Assembly (NCBI RefSeq): GCF_032444005.1 | Contig: NC_091288.1 | Coordinates: 14,570,001 to 14,615,562 of the forward strand | Length of the DNA: 45,562 bases | Origin: Ranitomeya imitator | Taxonomy: Eukaryota | Direction: 5' to 3' | In this document: positions 25,664-37,817 of the stretch, piece by piece | How positions within the stretch are numbered: the first letter of the stretch is position 1 | How the letters are laid out: the number at the start of each line of letters is the position of its first letter | Program-made: the position numbers and the translations under genes | The notes under the pieces: model-generated | Databases searched by the model: none | The model's input: the letters and a program-made list of their open reading frames with translations, nothing else | Told to the model about the DNA's origin: nothing

Positions 25664-25876
25664 CTGAAATAAAACAGCAGCTTGTGAGAATGAGGGTAGT
25701 GACATTAGTAGCAGCGAAATTCCCCAATGCCAACTATAAACCCCAGAGAGAAACGAGAGCAGCCGGCCATGAAGCCGGGCATCACCCCCCCGGCATCAGG
25801 GCTCAACGGAGCCAACTACAGCCACCGGCTGCAGACGTGACCGGACCACCTCATGGCTTTCAGAATTCGGCCTTAC

Positions 25877-25944
25877 CGGCGGTGAGCGCGGCGCAGAAGC
25901 GGTGTGATGGTTCATGAGACACAGGCTCCTCAGCAGTTCTTGTC
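25877..25944 (-). CDS. ttll4: ttll4 exon ((G)QELLRSLCLMNHHTASAPRSPP)
   Basis: Poly-T acceptor ending cattAG, GTAAGG donor; phase 1 in; resembles human GVDLLRSWC. Confidence 0.75.
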
Positions 25945-25992
25945 CTAATGAAGAGAAAGAAAAAAAAAAAAAAAAAAAAAAAAAGTCATTAA

Positions 25993-26720
25993 CCCTTTAG
26001 TGACGGAGCCAATTTTCACCTTCCTGACCAGGACAAGTTTTTATAAATGTGACCAGTGTCACAAAGTGCTAATAACACTTTTTTTTTGTGACGTATTGTA
26101 CTTTGGTCTTTTTTGATGCCCTTAAACAAGACCGTTATACAAGCCTATAACAAAACATTTCCCACGTCGTCTTTACATCTGAGTTAAGAAGAGTTAAAAG
26201 TTTAGCAGCAATTTCTCATTTTTTTCAACAATTTTACAAAACTTGTTTCTTTAGGAATCTATTCAGTTTTAAAATGAACTTTTGGGGGTCCTATATATAG
26301 GAAACTCCCCAAAAGGTGACACCATTTTAAAAAACGCACCCTTCAAATACTTCAAAACTGTGGTCAGATTTTTTTTTTTAACCCTTCAGGTGTTACTCCA
26401 GGTAGCTGAAGCCCCAGAGATTTTCTGAGCTGGGAGGCGCTATTCTCAGCGCCATTAAAAAGCAGCAGAGGAATAGGGCCCCTTAACTGCTGCCGTTAAA
26501 AGGTGCCCTCCTCCCGCCATCTCAGTGGACCTTATATACTATGCCCGTTTGATGGCTGTGGAAGACATGCAGTGTATTATGTTCTTGCAGGATCTAATGG
26601 GCTCTTGTGGAATGCCGGCAACAAATCAGCGTTGCACAGGCGCCAATGGACTGACAGAAGAAGCCCGTCCCTTGTCAAACTCCTTAGATGCCGCAACCGC
26701 TATTTACTGTGGCATACAAG
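25993..26720. mobile_element. TTAA-CCCTT-ended non-autonomous DNA transposon fragment (piggyBac/Kolobok-like)
   Basis: TTAA|CCCTTTAGTGACGGAGCCAATTTT left end; the right boundary is approximate. Confidence 0.5.
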
Positions 26721-26760
26721 AGGTTGAAATGCCAGATGTGCACGGACCCAGGGAGCCTAC

Positions 26761-26971
26761 CTTTCTCTCTGCCGCCATAGTATTTCTGCTCCCACTGGTT
26801 GGTGAGAATATTGAAATACCGTTGCTGTTCGAAGAAGCGCAAATATCTCGAGGAGATGGCAGAAGGGAAAACTCGCTCAAAATGTCCACAGCGCGAGAGT
26901 TCATCTTCAGTCTCTACTAGGACCCGCACGTCCTCTGCAGTCAGCTGCTCCAGGACCGTGGCATAGAGATC
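26761..26971 (-). CDS. ttll4: ttll4 exon (DLYATVLEQL...SRYLRFFEQQRYFNILTNQWEQKYYGGREK)
   Basis: 211 bp, AG/GT boundaries; close match to human EDEFSRRGQFERIFPS...RYLRFFEQPRYFNIL. Confidence 0.95.
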
Positions 26972-27108
26972 CTGCAGGACAGACAGACGGGACTGATGGG
27001 ACTAAGTTGCAGGCCATTGTGGGATTTCTTCTTGGTTACAAAGATGCCGAGAGGATACAAAATATTACAGATAACATGGCTGATAAATGCGGAAAATAGT
27101 GGCATTAC

Positions 27109-27202
27109 CTTGTCCGGCACCTTCGGGCTGAGGTAATGTGCCCGCTTCATCTTCTCCTCGTTCACAATCTCTGCAGAGCGACCACGGTCCTTCCCCAACA
27201 CA
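27109..27202 (-). CDS. ttll4: ttll4 exon (VLGKDRGRSAEIVNEEKMKRAHYLSPKVPDK)
   Basis: 94 bp, AG/GT, phases fit; resembles human QKMKKAYYLTQKIPDQ. Confidence 0.9.
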
Positions 27203-27581
27203 CTGAAAAAAATATATAAATGAAAGTCTATCAATATATATTCTGTAAATCTAATCCATCTGCACCTAAACTTATGAGTACACAGCTACTATGCAGACCT
27301 ATGTGTCTCCATGGTAACATGAGATTTTTTTTTAAAGTCAAATCTTAATTAGCAAAGTTACTTCATTTCATTTTAGATGTATTGCAACTATAAGAATGAC
27401 ATCTATAAAAATTAACTTTCTAACGTCCTCACTCCGATCGCCTGCCGCCACATTACGGGAGTAGGTCAGATAGCTTTTCATACACTTCTGTAAGCATTGA
27501 CGCCTTCGTTCCGCAGAGATATTACAGGTTTATAGAAGGAGCTTTCTCTTTGGCGTTGGTCGGCCGCCACCTTGCACTCAC

Positions 27582-27710
27582 CTGGAGCTCAGAGTCGAGT
27601 TGCTGGAGTTTGCATTCTCTTTAGAGGGGAGTAGAAAGCCGGCGAGGTTCAGGAGGTCCCGGATCATCTGACCCTTGATCTTCACATCCAGTGGAGAATT
27701 AGAATGAAGA
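27582..27710 (-). CDS. ttll4: ttll4 exon (LHSNSPLDVKIKGQMIRDLLNLAGF...)
   Basis: 129 bp, AG/GTGAGT; conserved end of the TTL domain. Confidence 0.95.
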
Positions 27711-29157
27711 CTGTGGCCAAGAGAAAATAACGTGACAAAGAGCCGACGAGAGATGGAAAACTGGCGATAAGACTTCTCCCAGGTGCCATTCTTGTAGTAT
27801 TTGGGGCAGCCGCGGTAATCTACATAGTAAAGACATTTTATAGGAGATCCCGAGGGCTCGTTCAGATGTAGTGGGTTTCGTAAAATTCACAGCAAATTCC
27901 CAACAGAGTCTGCATAAAATACAACAGGATTTTGTGGCAGATCCGCAACAGATTTTGTCTCATGTGGACATAACCAAACGCACATGCAATGCAGAAAGCG
28001 TGACCGTGGGTGAATAAAGAGGAGAGCCGACGTGTAAGAGCCGCTGTGCACATAGGTAGGAAGCACGGAGGAGTCCTAGCCCTTTAAGTGCAAATCCTAT
28101 ACAGCATTACTGACATTGCTGGAGAGTTTCTGACAGTCTATACAGGACATCTGGGAGTTTCTGCGTGGCTGAAAGCTGATAGATATTTTCATTACCTCAG
28201 CCGGATGATATTTCCATGTACCAACAGGACAGATGTCCAAACAAGACGTTCTACAACCTCCAACTCCACGGATTAAAGAATCCACACCCTCTCCTTAAAA
28301 AGGACTTGGGTTTACAGCGTTAAACGACCCCCAATTGGCTACTTGTTCACTTATTAATTATTATTTACGTAGGACAACCGCATTTCCTACATGCACCGAA
28401 CAATCGGGAATAAATTGCTCTGTGTGTACAGGCTGCATTGTTTTCGGCAGCACATACTGGTTACACAGGACCACGTGCTGCTGACAACCCAGACAAAATT
28501 GTCTCACCTGACAAACGAGCATATTGTGGTGAGCAGCCGGTTTACACTGCCCGATTATCGGGGAACGAGTGCCACTAGGAAATCTTTCAGTGTAAATCCA
28601 GGTTTACTCCAATCCATTTGCTGTGCGGCTGAATGCAATCTCTGCTTGAAAAAGCAGATAGGATCACAGCAGCGCCCCCCACTGGGATTACTGGCTGGAA
28701 GTACAGAAACCTCCCTGCCCCCACAATCTCTACTTTAGGTCACAAATCTCCAGTACTGAGACTTTACAAAAGTTCATACCATCTATTCTACATCAAAATT
28801 ATTATTATTTTTTTTTTTAAATGGCCGTTTAAAGACTTCCCGATGTGACACGCACATACATCACACATCCGATGCAGATGTGCATATCTGCATGTAACAG
28901 AAGGGGTCAAGGGCCAATTCTCACACCCCGTATAGCGGACGTTTTTACTCATTTATAGAACTGCTGCAATTTCCGGCCCTACCATGCGTCTCACGAGATG
29001 GACACACATGATAGTAGTTTGTATTATTGCCAAGTCTCAGCCTGTCATGACACAGATGATCAAATATGGCCGCTGTGCGGTCATGTAGATCAGCCCTGAG
29101 ACGTAGTTCCTGGGTGCACAGGTAATAGCGGGTGTAGAAACAGGGCGAGTGCGTCAC

Positions 29158-29292
29158 CTTGGAGAGATGTTCACCTCCAGAACCCACGGCTTCAGGTTCT
29201 CGTCCAACATGATATCAAATCCAAACAGTTCGTGGCAGCAGTACTGGTGCTGGACGTACATCTTCATAAAGCTGTTCACGTAAGGCTCAGAC
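29158..29292 (-). CDS. ttll4: ttll4 exon (SEPYV...CHELFGFDIMLDENLKPWVLEVNISP)
   Basis: 135 bp; contains the catalytic ELFGFDIMLD and LEVN motifs of the TTL/ATP-grasp domain. Confidence 0.97.
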
Positions 29293-30675
29293 CTTAACAA
29301 AAATAAATAAAGACGTCATTTACACTTTCTTGCCGCCGTATCTGTGGACAAACATTCCGCACTATAACCAACAGCCATCGAACAAAGAGATTTAATTAGT
29401 TTAAAAAGTTTCTGCAAATATTCTATAGGGGCAAAAATCCAAGTATCGCAGCACCACCGGCATAGGACAGTGTTTTTAGGTTAAAAAAATAAAATAAACA
29501 AACCACACAAGTTGCGACAGTTTTACATGCAATTTATGAGCCAGAGGCAATAGTAGATCAATGGTGCTGTCCACGACTTGTCAACCCTTCCTAAATGCAA
29601 TGGCGCCCCATAGAAAATAATAATCCTACACCGCTGCAGTACCAGTGATGTCAGCGACGGGTTTGTTGGCTGACGTTGTTCTAGGCAATCGCTGCAGCCT
29701 ATTGATGACCACTGATGGGCAGCAGCGGTCACACTTCCACGGTTCCACCTCATGTCTGCGTTTCGTCCAAGCGGTGTAAGCGCTGCAGCCAATTAGCGTC
29801 CACATGATTCCAAACTAAAACGTCATGTCAATTTATACTGAGGCAATATTTCAGGTGCAAGAGATTTCTTAAGATCATGTGCACTTTGCTGGTGCTGCCA
29901 AATGCAGATTTTCCGTGAGAGAATACGTAGAGGAAAATCCAGTGCATTTTCACATCGAGGGAGCCCAAGCTTTAGAGAGCACGTTATTGGGTAGGATGAA
30001 AGGGTTGGCCCAAATTGGCAAATTATCATCCATCCAGCAGGGAGCGAACTACATACTGAAATATATTAGAACTTGCGTATAAAACACCTAGATAAAAATC
30101 AGCTGATTTTATTTAGGTGTTTGTTACAGATTAAAAGTTATGTTTCAGTATGTAGTCCACTCTCTGCTGGCTAGTTTGACCTATTCTAGAGAGTTTTGCA
30201 CAGGTCTGCCTACCCACACTAGTAGATCTCTGCTTTTTTTTTTTGCAAATTATCACCCATCTACAACACAAGAGATAAATTACAGAGACCCCCCCCCCCC
30301 ATCAATCCCAAGAACAGGGTTAAGGAGTGGTGCAATGGCCGCACATGTACACCACTGCTCCGTTCAGCTTCTCCGCCACTCCCATGGTCAATGAAAGGCG
30401 CGGCGGTGTACAAAGTGGCCATCTCTCCATACAAATGGGGCACTTCAGGGCCTCGTGGGACCCCAATCCACTAAGAATATGACAAAACTCCTTCAAGAAG
30501 GAACAGAGACTGTCAAACAATAGCTCATGATTTACATTCAGATCCTTTTAAAAAAAGACAGCAAGCAAAGATGGAGCAGAAAGATCAAACCAGGATAAAA
30601 AAAAAAAAAAAAAAAATTAGGAGGAAAGCCATTGGGGCGTTTCAGCCCAGAAAGAAGTCACCACTAACGACTTAC

Positions 30676-30774
30676 GCAATAATTGTCTTTATCACCATCT
30701 CTTTGATCTTCTCCCAAATTTTTTCACTGCTGAAACCTTTCTGGTTGAGGTAGCTCCACAACGCTTTCAGAGCC
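30676..30774 (-). CDS. ttll4: ttll4 exon (ALKALWSYLNQKGFSSEKIWEKIKEMVIKTII)
   Basis: 99 bp, AG/GTAAG, phase 2 to phase 2. Confidence 0.95.
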
Positions 30775-30796
30775 CTGTGGGGAGAGTTCGGGTAGA

Positions 30797-30805
30797 TAAT
30801 AATAT

Positions 30806-30838
<33 letters not shown>

Positions 30839-30847
30839 AATAATAAA
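30797..30847. repeat. (AAT)n microsatellite
   Basis: Read directly from the sequence. Confidence 0.8.
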
Positions 30848-31110
30848 TAGTCACATCACCACCAGCTATGTCCCTGTAGATTTCAAGAAAAGTCTGATGG
30901 CAAGACATGAAGTAGGAGGCTGAGCTGAGCTCGCTCTTGAAATCTGTCCACATATCTAGGAGGGTCTTGTTTTTTTTTTTTTTTTTTTTTTTTTAGAGAC
31001 CAATAGTTAGGGTTACGTAGATCCCTGGGAAAAAGGTATGCAAATTAGCTCTTGCGGGTGCTTTGGGGTCACCTATGGAAGTGGCTACCTTTAAAGGCAA
31101 AAATCAGACC

Positions 31111-31152
<42 letters not shown>

Positions 31153-31216
31153 AGGAGCCCTGCAATATGCCTGAGGATATTAGCCCAACATATGTGCCCC
31201 CCACATTGCCACGTAC

Positions 31217-31339
31217 CATTTATGGCCCTGACAGGCGGACTCATCCGCGTTTGCCTTGTAGTCCACATTCTTTTTATTCACAGAGTAGTTTGTCAAGTGC
31301 ATGAATTTGTTGCTAAGACTTTTCATGGACGACGAATAC
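31217..31339 (-). CDS. ttll4: ttll4 exon (YSSSMKSLSNKFMHLTNYSVNKK...CQGHK)
   Basis: 123 bp; HLTNYSVNK motif; AG/GT boundaries. Confidence 0.97.
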
Positions 31340-31379
31340 CTGAAATTAAAACAAAAAAAAAAAAACACAAAAATTTTAA

Positions 31380-32081
31380 TTCGGAATGAACAATTAAGAA
31401 CGCAACCGGTTTTCATGGTTTCATCTTTTTAGGTTTTATATATTTATTTTTTACGAAGTTGATTTTTCCTGTATATACGATCCAGCAGGTCAGTACGATT
31501 ACAGCGACATTACATTTGTATAGTTTTTACTATGTTTTGAGGCTTCTTATTGCATTTTTCTGCAGTGGCGGAAACGAAAACACAAAATTTTATTTCTCCC
31601 ACTTAACGTTTGATAGGTTAATTCGTTTTAACTGCGGAAAAAGGAGGGTGGAAGGGAGGGAACTTTAATCCCCACTTTAATTTTTTTTTTAATTCCTCGT
31701 AGGGTATCTGCACATGCAATAGTTTGAACCACATACAGTATAGCGCAGTATAAAACAAAAACAAAACAAATCAGACCCCCATAACGCACCATTTATGGCA
31801 GGAGAATAAACATGACAAACACAGAGGCTTTAAGCAGTCATAGCAATGACACCACTGGGTGACCGAACAATTGCCCCGACTAGATCATTGGGCTTTGATG
31901 CTGCTGTCAGTGATTGGGATCAGCAATTAAGAGGTTAACAGCAGCGAAGGCAATAGCGCGGATCTCTGCTATGTAATATAGCTGCCATATGCACTGTGTG
32001 AAGCAGGCTCAGCTACTGAGCCTGCACCAAACACCCTAACATGATCCATGATGTATATATCTGTCGTGGAGCATTAAGGGG
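31380..32081. mobile_element. TTAA-ended non-autonomous DNA transposon fragment
   Basis: Terminus ATTAAGGGG|TTAA at 32081-32085, the inverse of the end type at 25993; the left boundary is approximate. Confidence 0.45.
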
Positions 32082-32205
32082 TTAAAATACTTGATGATCG
32101 CTGGGGTCCGATCTCTTGTTGTCCAGTCTCAGATCTCATTGATTGGCAGGCCTGAGTTAGGACAAACTTATTTTTATATTTTGACCACTAGAGTTCCTTA
32201 TTCCA

Positions 32206-33890
32206 TAATAATATTATTATAATAATGTATTTATATGGCACCATTGATTCCATGGTCTGTACATGAGAAGGGGTTACACACAAGTTACAGATATCACTTA
32301 CAGTAAACTAAGAATGACAGACTGATACAGAGGGGCGAGGACCCTGCCCCCGCGGGCTTACATTCTACAGGATTATGGGGGAGGAGACAGTAGGTTGAGG
32401 GTTGCAGGAGCTCCGGTGTTGGTGAGGCGGTAGCATCGATAGTGATGAGGAGGCAGCGGGGTCAGTGCAGGCTGTAGGCTTTCCTGAAGAGATGGGTTTT
32501 CAGGTTCCGTCTGAAGGATCCAAATGTGGTTGATAGTCGGATGTGTTGGGGCAAAGAATTCCAGAGGATGGGGGATATTCTGGAGAAGTCTTGGAACCGA
32601 TTGGGTGAGGAGCGAATAAGTGTGGAGGAGAGAATGAGGTCTTGGGAGGACTGGAGATCACGTGAGGGAATATATCGGGAGATTAGTTCAGAGATATATG
32701 GAGGAGACAGGTTATGGATGGCTTTGTGGGTCAGTGTTAGTAAATTGAACTGGATACGCTGAGGGAATGGGAGCCAGTGAAGAGATTTGCAGAGGGGGAA
32801 GCGGAGGAGTAGCGAGAAGAATTAGTCGGGCAGCAGAGTTAAGGATGGCCTGGAGAGGTGCAAGGGTGTTACCAGGGAGGCCGCAGAAAAGGATGTTGCA
32901 GTAGTCAAGGCGGGAGATGATGAGGGCAGGCACAAGCATTTTAGCAGATTGACAGTTGAGGAAAGGACGGATTCTGGAGATATTTTTGAGCTGGAGGCGA
33001 CAGGAGGTGGACAGAGCCATGTGCGGTTTGAAGGACAGGGCAGAGTCGAAGGTTACTCCGAGGCAACGGACTTGATGTCATTGATTGCGATAGATAGGTC
33101 AGGTAAGGAAGATCTATGAGATGGAGGAAAGATGATGAGTTCAGATATGTCCACATTGAGTTTGAGGAAGCGAGAGGAGAAGAAGGAGGATATGGCTGAT
33201 AGGCACTCTGGGATTCTGGACAGCAGAGAGGCGACGTCTGGGCAAGAGAGATAGATCTGAGTGTCATCAGCATAAAGGTGGTAATGGAATCCATGAGACT
33301 TTATGAGTTGTCCCAGGCCAAGTGTATAGATTGAGAAGAGTAGGGGTCCTAGAACAGAGCCTTGGGGGACTCCAATTTAGAGAGGGTGGGATGAGGAGGA
33401 AGTGTGGGAGTGGGAGACGCTGAATGTGCGGTTGGAAAAGTACGAGGAGATCCAGGATAGGGCGAGGTGTTTGATGTCAAAGGAGAGGATCTGTAGTAGG
33501 AGGCAGTGGTTAACTGTGTCGATAGCAAAGGAGAGGTCTAGAAAGAGGAGTACAGAGAATTGTCCATTAGCTTTGGCGATAAGTAGGTCGTTAGTGATTT
33601 TGGTCAGGGCGGTCTTAGTTGAGTGATGAGGGCGGACACCAGATTGTAGATTGTCAAAGAGCAAGTTAGATGAGAGGTGGGAGGAAAGTTCAGAGTGGAC
33701 GTGCTGCTCCAGGAGTTTGGAAGCGAATGGGAGCAGCGATATTGGGCGATAGCTGGACATAGCGGTTGGATCGAGGGTTGGCTTTTTAAGGATAGGCGTG
33801 ATTGTGGCATGTTTGAAAGCAGAAGGGAAGGTGCCAGAAGTTAGTGATAGGTTGAAGAGGTGGGTTAGGGATGGGTTAAGTAGATAAGTC
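32206..33890 (-). mobile_element. L2 (CR1-clade) LINE, 5'-truncated, with frameshifted reverse transcriptase
   Basis: [49 protein letters not shown] (frame shifted) and ISRLDYCN; AAT-rich 3' tail near 32206-32235. Confidence 0.9.
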
Positions 33891-34600
33891 ATTAAAAGTA
33901 GTTACACACTAAAACATTTATGCCGCCATTCTAGCAATTAACGTCATTTACATAGAGATATCAAAAGAAAAATAGACTAAAATCAATAATCCAGGAACTC
34001 AGACTTGTATAAAGTTGAGAAATATTTATTTTAAGTGTAACTGCAGTTTCAGAAACCTTTTGACATGTCATAAGTTTTGGTGGGTCGGTCTGTAATGGAG
34101 GCCATATTGGTTTTGGTTATAGAAGATGGTCAGAATTGTGAGCACTTACAATGTAGACAAGAACAAGCTCACACATGGAGGGCACAGCGAGAAACGGACG
34201 ATAAACTAAAGAGCTACCAGGCACTGAAGTGAACGGAGATCAGCACTTAGCAAGATGCTGCAGGACTAAGACATCTTCGAATAGAGCCGCCCTCGGGAAG
34301 CTCGTCTGCTCCTTTGTTTTAGCATCAGGTGAGGGTCTCGACATTTGGGCTCTCCAATTTGAACTTCTGGCATCTCCAAGACATGTTAAAAGTTTCCTTA
34401 AGTGCAGTTACAAGGAGTGATTGTGTAATATACCAGGTGCTGTGATCCCCAAACAGTAAAACAACAACGGGCCCGTGGCTGCTGAGGCATAATGGGAGTT
34501 GAAGTTTTGCAAACATCTTGTGAGCCTCAAGACGAGGAACGCTGCTCTAGAGGGTCTAAGAAATAGCTACAGGAAAAAATCCTCACAATACAGAACATAC

Positions 34601-34729
34601 TTGCAGCTGGCGAATCGCACTAGGCCGTCGCTGAACAAGTAGACACGGAGGGGGTCATACGACGGGACGTAAACATAGATCCGCAAGTCAAACTTGCTGC
34701 CACTGATGAGGTAGGGTTTGTGCAGGTAC
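34601..34729 (-). CDS. ttll4: ttll4 exon (YLHKPYLISGSKFDLRIYVYVPSYDPLRVYLFSDGLVRFASC)
   Basis: 129 bp; KFDLRIYV motif; AG/GT boundaries. Confidence 0.97.
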
Positions 34730-35403
34730 CTAAGGGGGAGAGAAAAAAAAAAACAAAAAGACATAAGGATAAACTTAACTGGGTTGTGCACAGAAGATAC
34801 AGGTCCTGCTCCGTCAGGTTTCGTTTGGGGCTGACCCGCTGATGTAATCTTTGAACTTTCTGATGCTGCTGGTATTGGCCACTTTCTCTGCACAAGAGGA
34901 GTATGGGGCCACGAAAGCCCGCTGGGATCAGTAGCTAGCCAATACAAAGCACCAACGGGGCCCGGGTGTTATTGCAGCCCCTGCATCTAATTTAGATACA
35001 CCCCTGGTTAACAGCACGCTCCAGTGATCCTCTGAACTTGCAAACTCTATAGCAAACAGTTTTATGAAACGCAAAGCTCGGGCAAGACTGCAATCTAATT
35101 GACAATTAGCAATCTATACAAATAAAAAATCCCCTCAAACAAAGATTTTTAACAAAGTATTTACAAGCACCTTACAGTTTTAACCATTTATCATACTGAG
35201 ATAACCCACTTTAAAAGGCATATGCACACCTTCACCAGTTACAGATCTGCTGGGGAAATTTAAGATCAGGAAAGAAGTAGGCAAAATGGCGACAGGGAGC
35301 GGTACTGGTGGCCATATTGGTTTTGGTTGAGAACAAGTACGCTCGCACGTGAGGGGATCCATCTGACCAACGTCCCCTCTTCAAGTGCACACACAGCCAT
35401 TAC

Positions 35404-35486
35404 CTCTGTACCAGCAGCGGTCTTTTCTTCGGCAGCTGGTTCCATTTATGTATAACCTGGATCCCCATTCCTCTGGCTGATGCAGG
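35404..35486 (-). CDS. ttll4: ttll4 exon (PASARGMGIQVIHKWNQLPKKRPLLVQ)
   Basis: 83 bp, phase 0 to phase 2; ATP-grasp loop. Confidence 0.97.
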
Positions 35487-35790
35487 CTTAAATAAATGCA
35501 AATAGAGTCATTAAAAAAATACAGAAATCAGATTAACGCACTTATACAAAAATTAATATGATCACTACTGATATTTGCATCATTCATGTCCAGCTCCAGG
35601 CCTCATCTGCAGAGCAGTCTCCTGAGCCGATGTGTGGAGCGCTATACCATCCATATAGTGCCCATTACGGGTTAATAAGACCCCAATAACACCATAGTTT
35701 TTCTGAACTGTAATGCATCAGTGTGTATGAAGCCTGGAGACCATGACTGAGCGCGGCATGTACCAGCGGTAAATTATTCTCATCCCGTAC

Positions 35791-35985
35791 CGGCTTAATG
35801 ATCCATTTCTGCCGACTGCCCCCCTCTTCCCAGGCTTTTCTCAGGAGCTTGATGTCTTGTGGAAGCACAAAGGATTGAGGAAAGAAGTTGAATTCTTTTC
35901 TTCCAAAGCGAGCCTGCATTTTGGACAAGTTTCTCCAGAGACGATCTTTTCTTCCGATCTGAAAGGAGCCTGGAAAATGGTTCAG
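35791..35985 (-). CDS. ttll4: ttll4 exon (LNHFPGSFQIGRKDRLWRNL...KWIIKP)
   Basis: 195 bp; nearly identical to human TTLL4 as I recall it. Confidence 0.97.
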
Positions 35986-36203
35986 CTGCTCGAACATGGA
36001 AAAAAAAAAAAAAAAAGTGAGACCGGATAGCAGCAAAATAAAGGGTGTTCCAGGACAATGGTGAACAGGCCATCAATATCACACTGAGGGGGTCCGTCAC
36101 TTAGCATTCCCCACTGATTAAATATTTGAAGGGTCATCACTTCACCATTGAAGTAAATGAGACAATGCTGCAACTAGTAGACTCCTTACTATGGGAAACG
36201 TAC

Positions 36204-36280
36204 CTTCTGGTAGTCTCTGATGGTTTTAAAGGCTGTGGACTTCATGTGATGACCCCAGCAACCCAGCCAGTCGTGATTCT
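36204..36280 (-). CDS. ttll4: ttll4 exon (NHDWLGCWGHHMKSTAFKTIRDYQK)
   Basis: 77 bp, AG/GT; the WLGCWGHHMKS motif is characteristic of TTLL4. Confidence 0.96.
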
Positions 36281-36959
36281 CTGCAAGAAAGATTTGTTTG
36301 TTATGAGGCATAGTTGTCACCAAATCTTTTAGCAGACATGCCTTTTTTCTGATTTGACCTTACAATAAGCTTCAGCTGACTTTAGCAATTAATTCTCCTG
36401 TGTAATACACTATGACAGCACTGCATGTTCCCAGGCAGCAGGCTTATTAAATAGCCAACGACTGGGTCCTTTCTTGAACTTCAGGGCCGACGGCACAGAA
36501 GTCTCTAATTCTGCTCTAACCAGTGATCTGGTTGAAACAGGTCCCTACTGATCACTGATGAAAAATAGTTTCCTCCAAACCCACAGGTTAATGCAGGAGC
36601 CCCGCACCGGCTGTTGGGCACCGAGTGACCCCCGTGCTGGGTTTATTCTTCAGACAATATCACGCTCAAATCGGTAGAGCCGTGGCCAGTCTGCAAGGCA
36701 GGTCATGCTCGGACTGCTTTTCACCGATGTCTATTTGAGCCTTATAATTGCAATGGACCCTATATGAAGGGAACCATAATGCACATGTGGCCCTCAGTGA
36801 AAATGCATTGGACCCCCCTGACTCTGAAGGTGCCATAAAAAGGAGTCTTGGTGGATGGTAAAGGATAAAACAGTGATATCAGATCAGTAACAAGGTTTCT
36901 CATATGTACACAGAAAATTCTTAATTAGATAAGGACCCCGAATCCTCATTAGCCAGAGC

Positions 36960-37605
36960 GCCTCTGGACAAGCATTGGGAAATCCTATTGAATGAGAAGG
37001 AGTTGAGGCCTTTCCTGTCAGATAGACCGAGGATCATTGCTAGGAGGGCCCGGAATCTCAAAGACGTTCTTACTACCAGCCATTTTAAAAGACCAACTGA
37101 GATTAGGAACGGGAACTAGGTTGGAGGGAACTTTCCCATGCGGTAACTGTAATGTTTGTCCTTACATGGATGCCACTAACTCTTTGACTCTGCCGATTTT
37201 TCCAGGTGAATTAAAAGCAAGGAGTTATGCCAATTGCAGGTCAAGGAATTTGGTGTATGCTCTGATCTGTTCATGTCCGAAGGTGTATATTGGACAGACC
37301 ACCCAAGAAGTGAGACGGAGAGTCCAACAACACATGTCAAACATTGCTAATGCGAAAGTGGATATCGCGAAAGCCAAGACCATTTCCTCTGTTGCATCCC
37401 ATTTCATGGATTTTCACAACAGTGGTTATCAAGGCATGCGGGTTATGGTTGTGGACCAAGTCTTGGGTAACATAAGGGGGGGGGGGGGGGGGGGGACTTA
37501 ACCAAGGAACTCTTACGACGAGAGTCACGCTGGATCTATGACCTGAAGACCACATCACCAAATGGACTAAATGAAGAACTTTTGTTCTCTGGCTTTTATG
37601 CCTAA
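36960..37605 (+). pseudogene. Frameshifted Penelope GIY-YIG endonuclease coding region
   Basis: A frame change near 37050-37110 and a 20-G run at 37476-37495 break the reading frame. Confidence 0.8.
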
Positions 37606-37817
37606 TCTATGATCTGGGGCATTGTTTGACATAGGGGTACTTGACATGTGATTTCTGGCACCATATTATGCAATATTAGATACTGTATTACTTGTTGTAT
37701 ATTCAACTTGGTCTGGTTTTTTGTTTGGAAAGTTTGGTTTACAACACAGTACCATATGGCATTAGGCGTTTCCAATTTTATGGCCTTCATGTTTTTCACA
37801 CGTGTTTACATTCTCTG

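Noticed and set aside
26525-26920. 131-aa plus-strand ORF that could be a transposase fragment
   Set aside because: Half is antisense to a ttll4 exon and half is repeat-derived; no catalytic motif.
25993-32081. One large TTAA transposon spanning complementary ends at 25993 and 32081
   Set aside because: The span holds six conserved ttll4 exons, so independent fragments of a common family are more parsimonious.
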